A DNA stretch of 64,000 nt from contig OZ024762.1 of NCBI GenBank assembly GCA_964016885.1, positions 30,256,001 to 30,320,000 on the forward strand, written 5' to 3'. This document shows positions 41,701 through 56,200 of this stretch, piece by piece. Both the position numbers and the translations under genes were made by a program. Positions within the stretch are counted from its first letter, which is position 1, and every line of letters begins with the position of its first letter. Below the pieces are notes generated by a model, which ran no database searches, was not told where the DNA came from, and saw only the letters and a program-made list of their open reading frames with translations. The stretch is from Eledone cirrhosa. Lineage: Eukaryota.

Positions 41701-44650
41701 TAGCTGTCAGAAGTAACTCCAATGTTTGTGAGAATTCATTTAAGTCATGGTACTAGCTGTCAGAAGTAACTCCACTGTTGGTGAGAATTCATTTAAGTTC
41801 ATGGTATTAGCTGTCGGAAGGAACTCCACTGTTGGTGAGAATTCATTTAAGTTCATGGTATTAGCTGTCAGAAGTGTCTCCACTGTTGGTGAGAATTCAT
41901 TTAAGTTCATGGTACTAGCTGTCAGAAGTAACTCCAATGTTGGTGAGAATTCATGTAAGTTCATGGTATTAGCTGTCAGAAGTAACTCCACTGTTGGTGA
42001 GAATTCATTTAAGTTCATGGTATTAGCTGTCAGAAGTAACTCCACTGTTGGTGAGAATTCATTTAAGTTCATGGTACTAGCTGTCAGAAGTAACTCCACT
42101 GTTGGTGAGAATTCATTTAAGTTCATGGTATTAGCTGTCAGAAGTAACTCCACTGTTGGTGAGAATTCATTTAAGTCATGGTATTAGCTATCAGAAGTAA
42201 CTCCATTGTTGGTGAGAATTCATTTAAGTCATGGTACTAGCTGTCAGAAGTAACTCCACTGTTGGTGAGAATTCATTTAAGTTCATGGTACTAGCTGTCA
42301 GAAGTAACTCCACTGTTGGTGAGAATTCATTTAAGTTCATGGTACTAGCTGTCAGAAGTAACTCCACTGTTGGTGAGAATTCATTTAAGTTCATGGTACT
42401 AGCTGTCAGAAGTAACTCCAATGTTGGTGAGAATTCATTTAAGTTCATGGTATTAGCTGTCAGAAGTAACTCCACTGTTGGTGAGAATTCATTTAAGTTC
42501 ATGGTACTAGCTGTCAGAAGTAACTCCACTGTTGGTGAGAATTCATTTAAGTTCATGGTATTAGCTGTCAGAAGTAACTCCACTGTTGGTGAGAATTCAT
42601 TTAAGTTCATGGTACTAGCTGTCAGAAGTAACCCCAATGTTGGTGACAATTCATTTAAGTTCATGGTATTAGCTGTCAGAAGTCACTCCAATGTTGGTGA
42701 GAATTCATTTAAGTTCATGGTATTAGCTGTCAGAAGTCACTGCACTGTTGGTGAGAATTCATTTAAGTTCATGGTACTAGCTGTCAGAAGTAACCCCAAT
42801 GTTGGTGAGAATTCATTTAAGTTCATGGTATTAGCTGTCAGAAGTCACTCCAATGTTGGTGAGAATTCATTTAAGTTCATGGTATTAGCTGTCAGAAGTA
42901 ACTCCACTGTTGGTGAGAATTCATTTAAGTTCATGGTATTAGTTGTCAGAAGTAACTCAAATGTTGGTGAGAATTCATTTAAATCATGGTATTAGTTGTC
43001 AGAAGTAACTCCAACGTTGGTGAGAATTCATTTAAGTTCATGGTACTAGCTGTCAGAGGTAACTCCACTGTTGGTGAAAATTCATTTAAGTTCATGGTAT
43101 TAGCTGTCAGAAGTAACTCCACTGTTGGTGAGAATTCATTTAAGTCATGGTATTAGCTGTCAGAAGTAACTCCATTGTTGGTGAGAATTCATTTAAGTCA
43201 TGGTACTAGCTGTCAGAAGTAACTCCACTGTTGGTGAGAATTCATTTAAGTTCTTGGTATTAGCTGTCAGAAGGAACTCCACTGTTGGTGAGAATTCATT
43301 TAAGTTCATGGTACTAGCTGTCAGAAGTAACTCCAATGTTGGTGAGAATTCATTTAAGTCATGGTACTAGCTGTCAGAAGTAACTCCACTGTTGGTGAGA
43401 ATTCATTTAAGTTCATGGTATTAGCTGTCAGAAGTAACTCCATTGTTGGTGAGAATTCATTTAAGTCATGGTACTAGCTGTCAGAAGTAACTCCACTGTT
43501 GGTGAGAATTCATTTAAGTTCATGGTACTAGCTGTCAGAAGTAACTCCAATGTTGGTGAGAATTCATGTAAGTTCATGGTATTAGCTGTCAGATGTAACT
43601 CCACTGTTGGTGAGAATTCATTTAAGTTCATGGTATTAGCTGTCAGAAGTAACTCCACTGTTGGTGAGAATTCATTTAAGTTCATGGTACTAGCTGTCAG
43701 AAGTAACTCCACTGTTGGTGAGAATTCATTTAAGTCATGGTATTAGCTGTCAGAAGTAACTCCATTGTTGGTGAGAATTCATTTAAGTCATGGTACTAGC
43801 TGTCAGAAGTAACTCCACTGTTGGTGAGAATTCATTTAAGTTCATGGTATTAGCTGTCAGAAGGAACTCCACTGTTGGTGAGAATTCATTTAAGTTCATG
43901 GTATTAGCTGTCAGAAGTAACTCCACTGTTGGTGAGAATTCATTTAAGTTCATGGTACTAGCTGTCAGAAGTAACTCCACTGTTGGTGAGAATTCATTTA
44001 AGTTCATGGTACTAGCTGTCAGAAGGAACTCCACTGTTGGTGAGAATTCATTTAAGTTCATGGTATTAGCTGTCAGAAGTAACTCCAATGTTGGTGAGAA
44101 TTCATTTAAGTCATGGTACTAGCTGTCAGAAGTAACTCCACTGTTGGTGAGAATTCATTTAAGTTCATGGTATTAGCTGTCAGAAGGAACTCCACTGTTG
44201 GTGAGAATTCATTTAAGTTCATGGTATTAGCTGTCAGAAGTGTCTCCACTGTTGGTGAGAATTCATTTAAGTTCATGGTACTAGCTGTCAGAAGTAACTC
44301 CAATGTTGGTGAGAATTCATGTAAGTTCATGGTACTAGCTGTCAGAAGTAACTCCACTGTTGGTGAGAATTCAGTTAAGTTCATGGTATTAGCTGTCAGA
44401 AGTAACTCCACTGTTGGTGAGAATTCATTTAAGTCATGGTATTAGCTGTCAGAAGTAACTCCAATGTTGGTGAGAATTCATTTAAGTCATGGTACTAGCT
44501 GTCAGAAGTAACTCCAATGTTGGTGAGAATTCATTTAAGTTCATGGTATTAGCTGTCAGAAGTCACTCCAATGTTGGTGAGAATTCATTTAAGTTCATGG
44601 TATTAGCTGTCAGAAGTAACTCCACTGTTGGTGAGAATTCATTTAAGTTC
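32800..44650. repeat. Tandem duplication of about 5.9 kb (about 110 monomers) with whole-monomer indels between the copies
   Basis: Private variants: GAGAATTTAT 33821/39792, AAGATCATG 35447/41418, GTCGGAAGG 35948/41813, GAGGTAAC 37191/43056, AGATGTAAC 37727/43591. The offset steps 6024, 5971, 5865, 5810 along the block. Confidence 0.9.
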
Positions 44651-47600
44651 ATGGTACTAGCTGTCAGAAGTAACTCCACTGTTGGTGAGAATTCAGTTAA
44701 GTTCATGGTACTAGCTGTCAGAAGTAACTCCACTGTTGGTGAGAATTCAGTTAAGTTCATGGTATTAGCTGTCAGAAGGAACTCCACTGTTGGTGAGAAT
44801 TCATTTAAGTTCATGGTATTAGCTGTCAGAAGTAACTCCACTGTTGGTGAGAATTCATTTAAGTTCATGGTACTAGCTGTCAGAAGGAACTCCACTGTTG
44901 GTGAGAATTCATTTAAGTTCATGGTATTAGCTGTCAGAAATAACTCCAATGTTGGTGAGAATTCATTTAAGTCATGGTACTAGCTGTCAGAAGTAACTCC
45001 ACTGTTGGTGAGAATTCATTTAAGTTCATGGTATTAGCTGTCAGAAGGAACTCAACTGTTGGTGAGAATTCATTTAAGTTCATGGTATTAGCTGTCAGAA
45101 GTGTCTCCACTGTTGGTGAGAATTCATTTAAGTTCATGGTACTAGCTGTCAGAAGTAACTCCAATGTTGGTGAGAATTCATGTAAGTTCATGGTATTAGC
45201 TGTCAGAAGGAACTCCACTGTTGGTGAGAATTCATTTAAGTTCATGGTATTAGCTGTCAGAAGTAACTCCACTGTTGGTGAGAATTCATATAAGTTCATG
45301 GTACTAGCTGTCAGAAGTAACTCCACTGTTGGTGAGAATTCATTTAAGTTCATGGTATTAGCTGTCAGAAGTAACTCCATTGTTGGTGAGAATTCATTTA
45401 AGTCATGGTACTAGCTGTCAGAAGTAACTCCACTGTTGGTGAGAATTCATTTAAGTTCATGGTACTAGCTGTCAGAAGTAACTCCACTGTTGGTGAGAAT
45501 TCATTTAAGTTCATGGTACTAGCTGTCAGAAGTAACTCCACTGTTGGTGAGAATTCATTTAAGTTCATGGTACTAGCTGTCAGAAGTAACTCCACTGTTG
45601 GTGAGAATTCATTTAAGTTCATGGTACTAGCTGTCAGAAGTAACTCCAATGTTGGTGAGAATTCATTTAAGTTCATGGTATTAGCTGTCAGAAGTAACTC
45701 CACTGTTGGTGAGAATTCATTTAAGTTCATGGTACTAGCTGTCAGAAGTAACCCCAATGTTGGTGACAATTCATTTAAGTTCATGGTATTAGCTGTCAGA
45801 AGTCACTCCAATGTTGGTGAGAATTCATTTAAGTTCATGGTATTAGCTGTCAGAAGTCACTGCACTGTTGGTGAGAATTCATTTAAGTTCATGGTACTAG
45901 CTGTCAGAAGTAACCCCAATGTTGGTGAGAATTCATTTAAGTTCATGGTATTAGCTGTCAGAAGTCACTCCAATGTTGGTGAGAATTCATTTAAGTTCAT
46001 GGTATTAGCTGTCAGAAGTAACTCCACTGTTGGTGAGAATTCATTTAAGTTCATGGTATTAGTTGTCAGAAGTAACTCAAATGTTGGTGAGAATTCATTT
46101 AAATCATGGTATTAGTTGTCAGAAGTAACTCCAACGTTGGTGAGAATTCATTTAAGTTCATGGTACTAGCTGTCAGAAGTAACTCCACTGTTGGTGAAAA
46201 TTCATTTAAGTTCATGGTATTAGCTGTTAGAAGTAACTCCACTGTTGGTGAGAATTCATTTAAGTCATGGTATTAGCTGTCAGAAGTAACTCCATTGTTG
46301 GTGAGAATTCATTTAAGTCATGGTACTAGCTGTCAGAAGTAACTCCACTGTTGGTGAGAATTCATTTAAGTTCTTGGTATTAGCTGTCAGAAGGAACTCC
46401 ACTGTTGGTGAGAATTCATTTAAGTTCATGGTATTAGCTGTCAGAAGTAACTCCACTGTTGGTGAGAATTCATTTAAGTTCATGGTACTAGCTGTCAGAA
46501 GTAACTCCACTGTTGGTGAGAATTCATTTAAGTTCATGGTACTAGCTGTCAGAAGTCACTCCACTGTTGGTGAGAATTCATTTAAGTTCATGGTATTAGC
46601 TGTCAGAAGTAACTCCAATGTTGGTGAGAATTCATTTAAGTCATGGTACTAGCTGTCAGAAGTAACTCCACTGTTTGTGAGAATTCATTTAAGTTCATGG
46701 TATTAGCTGTCAGAAGGAACTCCACTGTTGGTGAGAATTCATTTAAGTTCATGGTATTAGCTGTCAGAAGTGTCTCCACTGTTGGTGAGAATTCATTTAA
46801 GTTCATGGTACTAGCTGTCAGAAGTAACTCCAATGTTGGTGAGAATTCATGTAAGTTCATGGTATTAGCTGTCAGAAGTAACTCCACTGTTGGTGAGAAT
46901 TCATTTAAGTTCATGGTATTAGCTGTCAGAAGTAACTCCACTGTTGGTGAGAATTCATTTAAGTTCATGGTACTAGCTGTCAGAAGTAACTCCACTGTTG
47001 GTGAGAATTCATTTAAGTTCATGGTATTAGCTGTCAGAAGTAACTCCACTGTTGGTGAGAATTCATTTAAGTCATGGTATTAGCTATCAGAAGTAACTCC
47101 ATTGTTGGTGAGAATTCATTTAAGTCATGGTACTAGCTGTCAGAAGTAACTCCACTGTTGGTGAGAATTCATTTATGTTCATGGTACTAGCTGTCAGAAG
47201 TAACTCCACTGTTGGTGAGAATTCATTTAAGTTCATGGTACTAGCTGTCAGAAGTAACTCCACTGTTGGTGAGAATTCATTTACGTTCATGGTACTAGCT
47301 GTCAGAAGTAACTCCACTGTTGGTGAGAATTCATTTAAGTTCATGGTACTAGCTGTCAGAAGTAACTCCAATGTTGGTGAGAATTCATTTAAGTTCATGG
47401 TATTAGCTGTCAGAAGTAACTCCACTGTTGGTGAGAATTCATTTAGGTTCATGGTACTAGCTGTCAGAAGTAACTCCACTGTTGGTGAGAATTCATTTAA
47501 GTTCATGGTATTAGCTGTCAGAAGTAACTCCACTGTTGGTGAGAATTCATTTAAGTTCATGGTACTAGCTGTCAGAAGTAACCCCAATGTTGGTGACAAT

Positions 47601-50600
47601 TCATTTAAGTTCATGGTATTAGCTGTCAGAAGTCACTCCAATGTTGCTGAGAATTCATTTAAGTTCATGGTATTAGCTGTCAGAAGTAACTCCACTGTTG
47701 GTGAGAATTCATTTAAGTTCATGGTATTAGCTGTCAGAAGTAACTCCACTGTTGGTGAGAATTCATTTACGTTCATGGTATTAGCTGTCAGAAGGAACTA
47801 CACTGTTGGTGAGAATTCATTTAAGTTCATGGTATTAGCTGTCAGAAGTAACTCCACTGTTGGTGAGAATTCATTTAAGTTCATGGTATTAGCTGTCAGA
47901 AGGAACTCCAATGTTGGTGAGAATTCATTTAAGTTCATGGTATTAGCTGTCAGAAGGAACGCCACTGTTGGTGAGAATTCATTTAAGTCATGGTATTAGC
48001 TGTCAGAAGTAACTCCATTGTTGGTGAGAATTCATTTAAGTCATGGTACTAGCTGTCAGAAGTAACTCCACTGTTGGTGAGAATTCATTTAAGTTCATGG
48101 TATTAGCTGTCAGAAGGAACTCCACTGTTGGTGAGAATTCATTTAAGTCATGGTACTAGCTGTCAGAAGTAACTCCACTGTTGGTGAGAATTCATTTAAG
48201 TTCATGGTATTAGTTGTCAGAAGTAACTCAAATGTTGGTGAGAATTCATTTAAATCATGGTATTAGTTGTCAGAAGTAACTCCAACGTTGGTGAGAATTC
48301 ATTTAAGTTCATGGTACTAGCTGTCAGAAGTAACTCCACTGTTGGTGAAAATTCATTTAAGTTCATGGTATTAGCTGTCAGAAGTAACTCCACTGTTGAT
48401 GAGAATTCATTTAAGTCATGGTATTAGCTGTCAGAAGTAACTCCACTGTTGGTGAGAATTCATTTAAGTTCTTGGTATTAGCTGTCAGAAGGAACTCCAC
48501 TGTTGGTGAGAATTCATTTAAGTTCATGGTATTAGCTGTCAGAAGTAACTCCACTGTTGGTGAGAATTCATTTAAGTTCATGGTACTAGCTGTCAGAAGT
48601 AACTCCACTGTTGGTGAGAATTCATTTAAGTTCATGGTACTAGCTGTCAGAAGGAACTCCACTGTTGGTGAGAATTCATTTAAGTTCATGGTATTAGCTG
48701 TCAGAAGTAACTCCAATGTTGGTGAGAATTCATTTAAGTCATGGTACTAGCTGTCAGAAGTAACTCCACTGTTGGTGAGAATTCATTTAAGTTCATGGTA
48801 TTAGCTGTCAGAAGGAACTCCACTGTTGGTGAGAATTCATTTAAGTTCATGGTATTAGCTGTCAGAAGTGTCTCCACTGTTGGTGAGAATTCATTTAAGT
48901 TCATGGTACTAGCTGTCAGAAGTAACTCCAATGTTGGTGAGAATTCATGTAAGTTCATGGTATTAGCTGTCAGAAGTAACTCCACTGTTGGTGAGAATTC
49001 ATTTAAGTTCATGGTATTAGCTGTCAGAAGTAACTCCACTGTTGGTGAGAATTCATTTAAGTTCATGGTACTAGCTGTCAGAAGTAACTCCACTGTTGGT
49101 GAGAATTCATTTAAGTTCATGGTATTAGCTGTCAGAAGTAACTCCACTGTTGGTGAGAATACATTTAAGTCATGGTATTAGCTATCAGAAGTAACTCCAT
49201 TGTTGGTGAGAATTCATTTAAGTCATGGTACTAGCTGTCAGAAGTAACTCCACTGTTGGTGAGAATTCATTTAAGTTCATGGTACTAGCTGTCAGAAGTA
49301 ACTCCACTGTTGGTGAGAATTCATTTAAGTTCATGGTACTAGCTGTCAGAAGTAACTCCACTGTTGGTGAGAATTCATTTACGTTCATGGTACTAGCTGT
49401 CAGAAGTAACTCCACTGTTGGTGAGAATTCATTTAAGTTCATGGTACTAGCTGTCAGAAGTAACTCCAATGTTGGTGAGAATTCATTTAAGTTCATGGTA
49501 TTAGCTGTCAGAAGTAACTCCACTGTTGGTGAGAATTCATTTAGGTTCATGGTACTAGCTGTCAGAAGTAACTCCACTGTTGGTGAGAATTCATTTAAGT
49601 TCATGGTATTAGCTGTCAGAAGTAACTCCACTGTTGGTGAGAATTCATTTAAGTTCATGGTACTAGCTGTCAGACGTAACCCCAATGTTGGTGACAATTC
49701 ATTTAAGTTCATGGTATTAGCTGTCAGAAGTCACTCCAATGTTGGTGAGAATTCATTTAAGTTCATGGTATTAGCTGTCAGAAGTCACTCCACTGTTGGT
49801 GAGAATTCATTTAAGTTCATGGTACTAGCTGTCAGAAGTAACCCCAATGTTGGTGAGAATTCATTTAAGTTCATGGTATTAGCTGTCAGAAGTCACTCCA
49901 ATGTTGCTGAGAATTCATTTAAGTTCATGGTATTAGCTGTCAGAAGTAACTCCACTGTTGGTGAGAATTCATTTAAGTTCATGGTATTAGCTGTCAGAAG
50001 TAACTCCACTGCTGGTGAGAATTCATTTACGTTCATGGTATTAGCTGTCAGAAGTAACTCCACTGTTGGTGAGAATTCATTTAAGTTCATGGTATTAGCT
50101 GTCAGAAGTAACTCCACTGTTGGTGAGAATTCATTTACGTTCATGGTATTAGCTGTCAGAAGTAACTACACTGTTGGTGAGAATTCATTTAAGTTCATGG
50201 TATTAGCTGTCAGAAGTAACTCCACTGTTGGTGAGAATTCATTTAAGTTCATGGTATTAGCTGTCAGAAGGAACTCCAATGTTGGTGAGAATTCATTTAA
50301 GTTCATGGTATTAGCTGTCAGAAGGAACGCCACTGTTGGTGAGAATTCATTTAAGTCATGGTATTAGCTGTCAGAAGTAACTCCATTGTTGGTGAGAATT
50401 CATTTAAGTCATGGTACTAGCTGTCAGAAGTAACTCCACTGTTGGTGAGAATTCATTTAAGTTCATGGTATTAGCTGTCAGAAGGAACTCCACTGTTGGT
50501 GAGAATTCATTTAAGTCATGGTACTAGCTGTCAGAAGTAACTCCACTGTTGGTGAGAATTCATTTAAGTTCATGGTATTAGTTGTCAGAAGTAACTCAAA

Positions 50601-50832
50601 TGTTGGTGAGAATTCATTTAAATCATGGTATTAGTTGTCAGAAGTAACTCCAACGTTGGTGAGAATTCATTTAAGTTCATGGTACTAGCTGTCAGAAGTA
50701 ACTCCACTGTTGGTGAAAATTCATTTAAGTTCATGGTATTAGCTGTCAGAAGTAACTCCACTGTTGGTGAGAATTCATTTAAGTCATGGTATTAGCTGTC
50801 AGAAGTAACTCCATTGTTGGTGAGAATTCATT

Positions 50833-53200
50833 TAAGTCATGGTACTAGCTGTCAGAAGTAACTCCACTGTTGGTGAGAATTCATTTAAGTTCTTGGTATT
50901 AGCTGTCAGAAGGAACTCCACTGTTGGTGAGAATTCATTTAAGTTCATGGTATTAGCTGTCAGAAGTAACTCCACTGTTGGTGAGAATTCATTTAAGTTC
51001 ATGGTACTAGCTGTCAGAAGTAACTCCACTGTTGGTGAGAATTCATTTAAGTTCATGGTACTAGCTGTCAGAAGGAACTCCACTGTTGGTGAGAATTCAT
51101 TTAAGTTCATGGTATTAGCTGTCAGAAGTAACTCCAATGTTGGTGAGAATTCATTTAAGTCATGGTACTAGCTGTCAGAAGTAACTCCACTGTTGGTGAG
51201 AATTCATTTAAGTTCATGGTATTAGCTGTCAGAAGGAACTCCACTGTTGGTGAGAATTCATTTAAGTTCATGGTATTAGCTGTCAGAAGTGTCTCCACTG
51301 TTGGTGAGAATTCATTTAAGTTCATGGTACTAGCTGTCAGAAGTAACTCCAATGTTGGTGAGAATTCATGTAAGTTCATGGTATTAGCTGTCAGAAGTAA
51401 CTCCACTGTTGGTGAGAATTCATTTAAGTTCATGGTATTAGCTGTCAGAAGTAACTCCACTGTTGGTGAGAATTCATTTAAGTTCATGGTACTAGCTGTC
51501 AGAAGTAACTCCACTGTTGGTGAGAATTCATTTAAGTTCATGGTATTAGCTGTCAGAAGTAACTCCACTGTTGGTGAGAATTCATTTAAGTCATGGTATT
51601 AGCTATCAGAAGTAACTCCATTGTTGGTGAGAATTCATTTAAGTCATGGTACTAGCTGTCAGAAGTAACTCCACTGTTGGTGAGAATTCATTTAAGTTCA
51701 TGGTACTAGCTGTCAGAAGTAACTCCACTGTTGGTGAGAATTCATTTAAGTTCATGGTACTAGCTGTCAGAAGTAACTCCACTGTTGGTGAGAATTCATT
51801 TACGTTCATGGTACTAGCTGTCAGAAGTAACTCCACTGTTGGTGAGAATTCATTTAAGTTCATGGTACTAGCTGTCAGAAGTAACTCCAATGTTGGTGAG
51901 AATTCATTTAAGTTCATGGTATTAGCTGTCAGAAGTAACTCCACTGTTGGTGAGAATTCATTTAGGTTCATGGTACTAGCTGTCAGAAGTAACTCCACTG
52001 TTGGTGAGAATTCATTTAAGTTCATGGTATTAGCTGTCAGAAGTAACTCCACTGTTGGTGAGAATTCATTTAAGTTCATGGTACTAGCTGTCAGAAGTAA
52101 CCCCAATGTTGGTGACAATTCATTTAAGTTCAAGGTATTAGCTGTCAGAAGTCACTCCAATGTTGGTGAGAATTCATTTAAGTTCATGGTATTAGCTGTC
52201 AGAAGTCACTCCACTGTTGGTGAGAATTCATTTAAGTTCATGGTACTAGCTGTCAGAAGTAACCCCAATGTTGGTGAGAATTCATTTAAGTTCATGGTAT
52301 TAGCTGTCAGAAGTCACTCCAATGTTGCTGAGAATTCATTTAAGTTCATGGTATTAGCTGTCAGAAGTAACTCCACTGTTGGTGAGAATTCATTTAAGTT
52401 CATGGTATTAGCTGTCAGAAGTAACTCCACTGTTGGTGAGAATTCATTTACGTTCATGGTATTAGCTGTCAGAAGTAACTACACTGTTGGTGAGAATTCA
52501 TTTAAGTTCATGGTATTAGTTGTCAGAAGTAACTCCACTGTTGGTGAGAATTCATTTAAGTTCATGGTATTAGCTGTCAGAAGGAACTCCAATGTTGGTG
52601 AGAATTCATTTAAGTTCATGGTATTAGCTGTCAGAAGGAACGCCACTGTTGGTGAGAATTCATTTAAGTCATGGTATTAGCTGTCAGAAGTAACTCCATT
52701 GTTGGTGAGAATTCATTTAAGTCATGGTACTAGCTGTCAGAAGTAACTCCACTGTTGGTGAGAATTCATTTAAGTTCATGGTATTAGCTGTCAGAAGGAA
52801 CTCCACTGTTGGTGAGAATTCATTTAAGTCATGGTACTAGCTGTCAGAAGTAACTCCAATGTTGGTGAGAATTCATTTAAGTTCATGGTATTAGCTGTCA
52901 GAAGTAACTCCACTGTTGGTGAGAATTCATTTAAGTTCATGGTATTAGCTGTCAGAAGTAACTCCACTGTTGGTGAGAATTCATTTAAGTTCATGGTACT
53001 AGCTGTCAGAAGTAACTCCAACGTTGGTGAGAATTCATTTAAGTTCATGGTACTAGCTGTCAGAAGTAACTCCACTGTTGGTGAAAATTCATTTAAGTTC
53101 ATGGTATTAGCTGTCAGAAGTAACTCCACTGTTGGTGAGAATTCATTTAAGTCATGGTATTAGCTGTCAGAAGTAACTCCATTGTTGGTGAGAATTCATT
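50833..53200. repeat. Representative single higher-order cycle of the satellite (about 44 monomers)
   Basis: Contains the recurring marker order once: AGG-containing 6-mer block, GTGTCTCC monomer (51289), CATGTAAG, TATC/CCATT 53-mer, run of TAC monomers, CCCCAAT..GACAA, GTCACTCC cluster, TACACT, GGAACGCC, CCATT, CAACGTT, GAAAATTC, CCATT. Confidence 0.75.
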
Positions 53201-56200
53201 TAAGTCATGGTACTAGCTGTCAGAAGTAACTCCACTGTTGGTGAGAATTCATTTAAGTTCATGGTATTAGCTGTCAGAAGGAACTCCACTGTTGGTGAGA
53301 ATTCATTTAAGTTCATGGTATTAGCTGTCAGAAGTAACTCCACTGTTGGTGAGAATTCATTTAAGTTCATGGTACTAGCTGTCAGAAGTAACTCCACTGT
53401 TGGTGAGAATTCATTTAAGTTCATGGTACTAGCTGTCAGAAGGAACTCCACTGTTGGTGAGAATTCATTTAAGTTCATGGTATTAGCTGTCAGAAGTAAC
53501 TCCAATGTTGGTGAGAATTCATTTAAGTCATGGTACTAGCTGTCAGAAGTAACTCCACTGTTGGTGAGAATTCATTTAAGTTCATGGTATTAGCTGTCAG
53601 AAGGAACTCCACTGTTGGTGAGAATTCATTTAAGTTCATGGTATTAGCTGTCAGAAGTGTCTCCACTGTTGGTGAGAATTCATTTAAGTTCATGGTACTA
53701 GCTGTCAGAAGTAACTCCAATGTTGGTGAGAATTCATGTAAGTTCATGGTATTAGCTGTCAGAAGTAACTCCACTGTTGGTGAGAATTCATTAAAGTTCA
53801 TGGTATTAGCTGTCAGAAGTAACTCCACTGTTGGTGAGAATTCATTTAAGTTCATGGTACTAGCTGTCAGAAGTAACCCCAATGTTGGTGACAATTCATT
53901 TAAGTTCATGGTATTAGCTGTCAGAAGTCACTCCAATGTTGGTGAGAATTCATTTAAGTTCATGGTATTAGCTGTCAGAAGTCACTCCACTGTTGGTGAG
54001 AATTCATTTAAGTTCATGGTACAAGCTGTCAGAAGTAACCCCAATGTTGGTGAGAATTCATTTAAGTTCATGGTATTAGCTGTCAGAAGTCACTCCAATG
54101 TTGGTGAGAATTCATTTAAGTTCATGGTATTAGCTGTCAGAAGTAACTCCACTGTTGGTGAGAATTCATTTAAGTTCATGGTATTAGCTGTCAGAAGTAA
54201 CTCCACTGTTGGTGAGAATTCATTTAAGTTCATGGTACTAGCTGTCAGAAGAAACTCCAATGTTGGTGAGAATTCATTTAAGTTCATGGTATTAGCTGTC
54301 AGAAGTAACTCCACTGTTGGTGAGAATTCATTTAAGTTCATGGTACTAGCTGTCAGAAGTAACTCCACTGTTGGTGAGAATTCATTAAAGTTCATGGTAT
54401 TAGCTGTCAGAAGTAACTCCACTGTTGGTGAGAATTCATTTAAGTTCATGGTACTAGCTGTCAGAAGTAACCCCAATGTTGGTGACAATTCATTTAAGTT
54501 CATGGTATTAGCTGTCAGAAGTCACTCCAATGTTGGTGAGAATTCATTTAAGTTCATGGTATTAGCTGTCAGAAGTCACTCCACTGTTGGTGAGAATTCA
54601 TTTAAGTTCATGGTACAAGCTGTCAGAAGTAACACCAATGTTGGTGAGAATTCATTTAAGTTCATGGTATTAGCTGTCAGAAGTCACTCCAATGTTGGTG
54701 AGAATTAATTTAAGTTCATGGTATTAGCTGTCAGAAGTAACTCCACTGTTGGTGAGAATTCATTTAAGTTCATGGTATTAGCTGTCAGAAGTAACTCCAC
54801 TGTTGGTGAGAATTCATTTAAGTTCATGGTATTAGCTGTCAGAAGTAACTCCACTGTTGGTGAGAATTCATTTAAGTTCATGGTATTAGCTGTCAGAAGT
54901 AACTCCACTGTTGGTGAGAATTCATTTAAGTTCATGGTATTAGCTGTCAGAAGGAACTCCAATGTTGGTGAGAATTCATTTAAGTTCATGGTATTAGCTG
55001 TCAGAAGGAACGCCACTGTTGGTGAGAATTCATTTAAGTCATGGTATTAGCTGTCAGAAGTAACTCCATTGTTGGTGAGAATTCATTTAAGTCATGGTAC
55101 TAGCTGTCAGAAGTAACTCCACTGTTGGTGAGAATTCATTTAAGTTCATGGTATTAGCTGTCAGAAGGAACTCCACTGTTGGTGAGAATTCATTTAAGTC
55201 ATGGTACTAGCTGTCAGAAGTAACTCCAATGTTGGTGAGAATTCATTTAAGTTCATGCTATTAGCTGTCAGAAGGAACTCCACTGTTGGTGAGAATTCAT
55301 TTAAGTTCATGGTATTAGCTGTCAGAAGTAACTCCACTGTTGGTGAGAATTCATTTAAGTCATGGTATTAGCTGTCAGAAGTAACTCCACTGTTGGTGAG
55401 AATTCATTTAAGTTCATGGTACTAGCTGTCAGAAGTAACTCCAACGTTGGTGAGAATTCATTTAAGTTCATGGTACTAGCTGTCAGAAGTAACTCCACTG
55501 TTGGTGAAAATTCATTTAAGTTCATGGTATTAGCTGTCAGAAGTAACTCCACTGTTGGTGAGAATTCATTTAAGTCATGGTATTAGCTGTCAGAAGTAAC
55601 TCCATTGTTGGTGAGAATTCATTTAAGTCATGGTACTAGCTGTCAGAAGTAACTCCACTGTTGGTGAGAATTCATTTAAGTTCATGGTATTAGCTGTCAG
55701 AAGGAACTCCACTGTTGGTGAGAATTCATTTAAGTTCATGGTATTAGCTGTCAGAAGTAACTCCACTGTTGGTGAGAATTCATTTAAGTTCATGGTACTA
55801 GCTGTCAGAAGTAACTCCACTGTTGGTGAGAATTCATTTAAGTTCATGGTACTAGCTGTCAGAAGGAACTCCACTGTTGGTGAGAATTCATTTAAGTTCA
55901 TGGTATTAGCTGTCAGAAGTAACTCCAATGTTGGTGAGAATTCATTTAAGTCATGGTACTAGCTGTCAGAAGTAACTCCACTGTTGGTGAGAATTCATTT
56001 AAGTTCATGGTATTAGCTGTCAGAAGGAACTCCACTGTTGGTGAGAATTCATTTAAGTTCATGGTATTAGCTGTCAGAAGTGTCTCCACTGTTGGTGAGA
56101 ATTCATTTAAGTTCATGGTACTAGCTGTCAGAAGTAACTCCAATGTTGGTGAGAATTCATGTAAGTTCATGGTATTAGCTGTCAGAAGTAACTCCACTGT

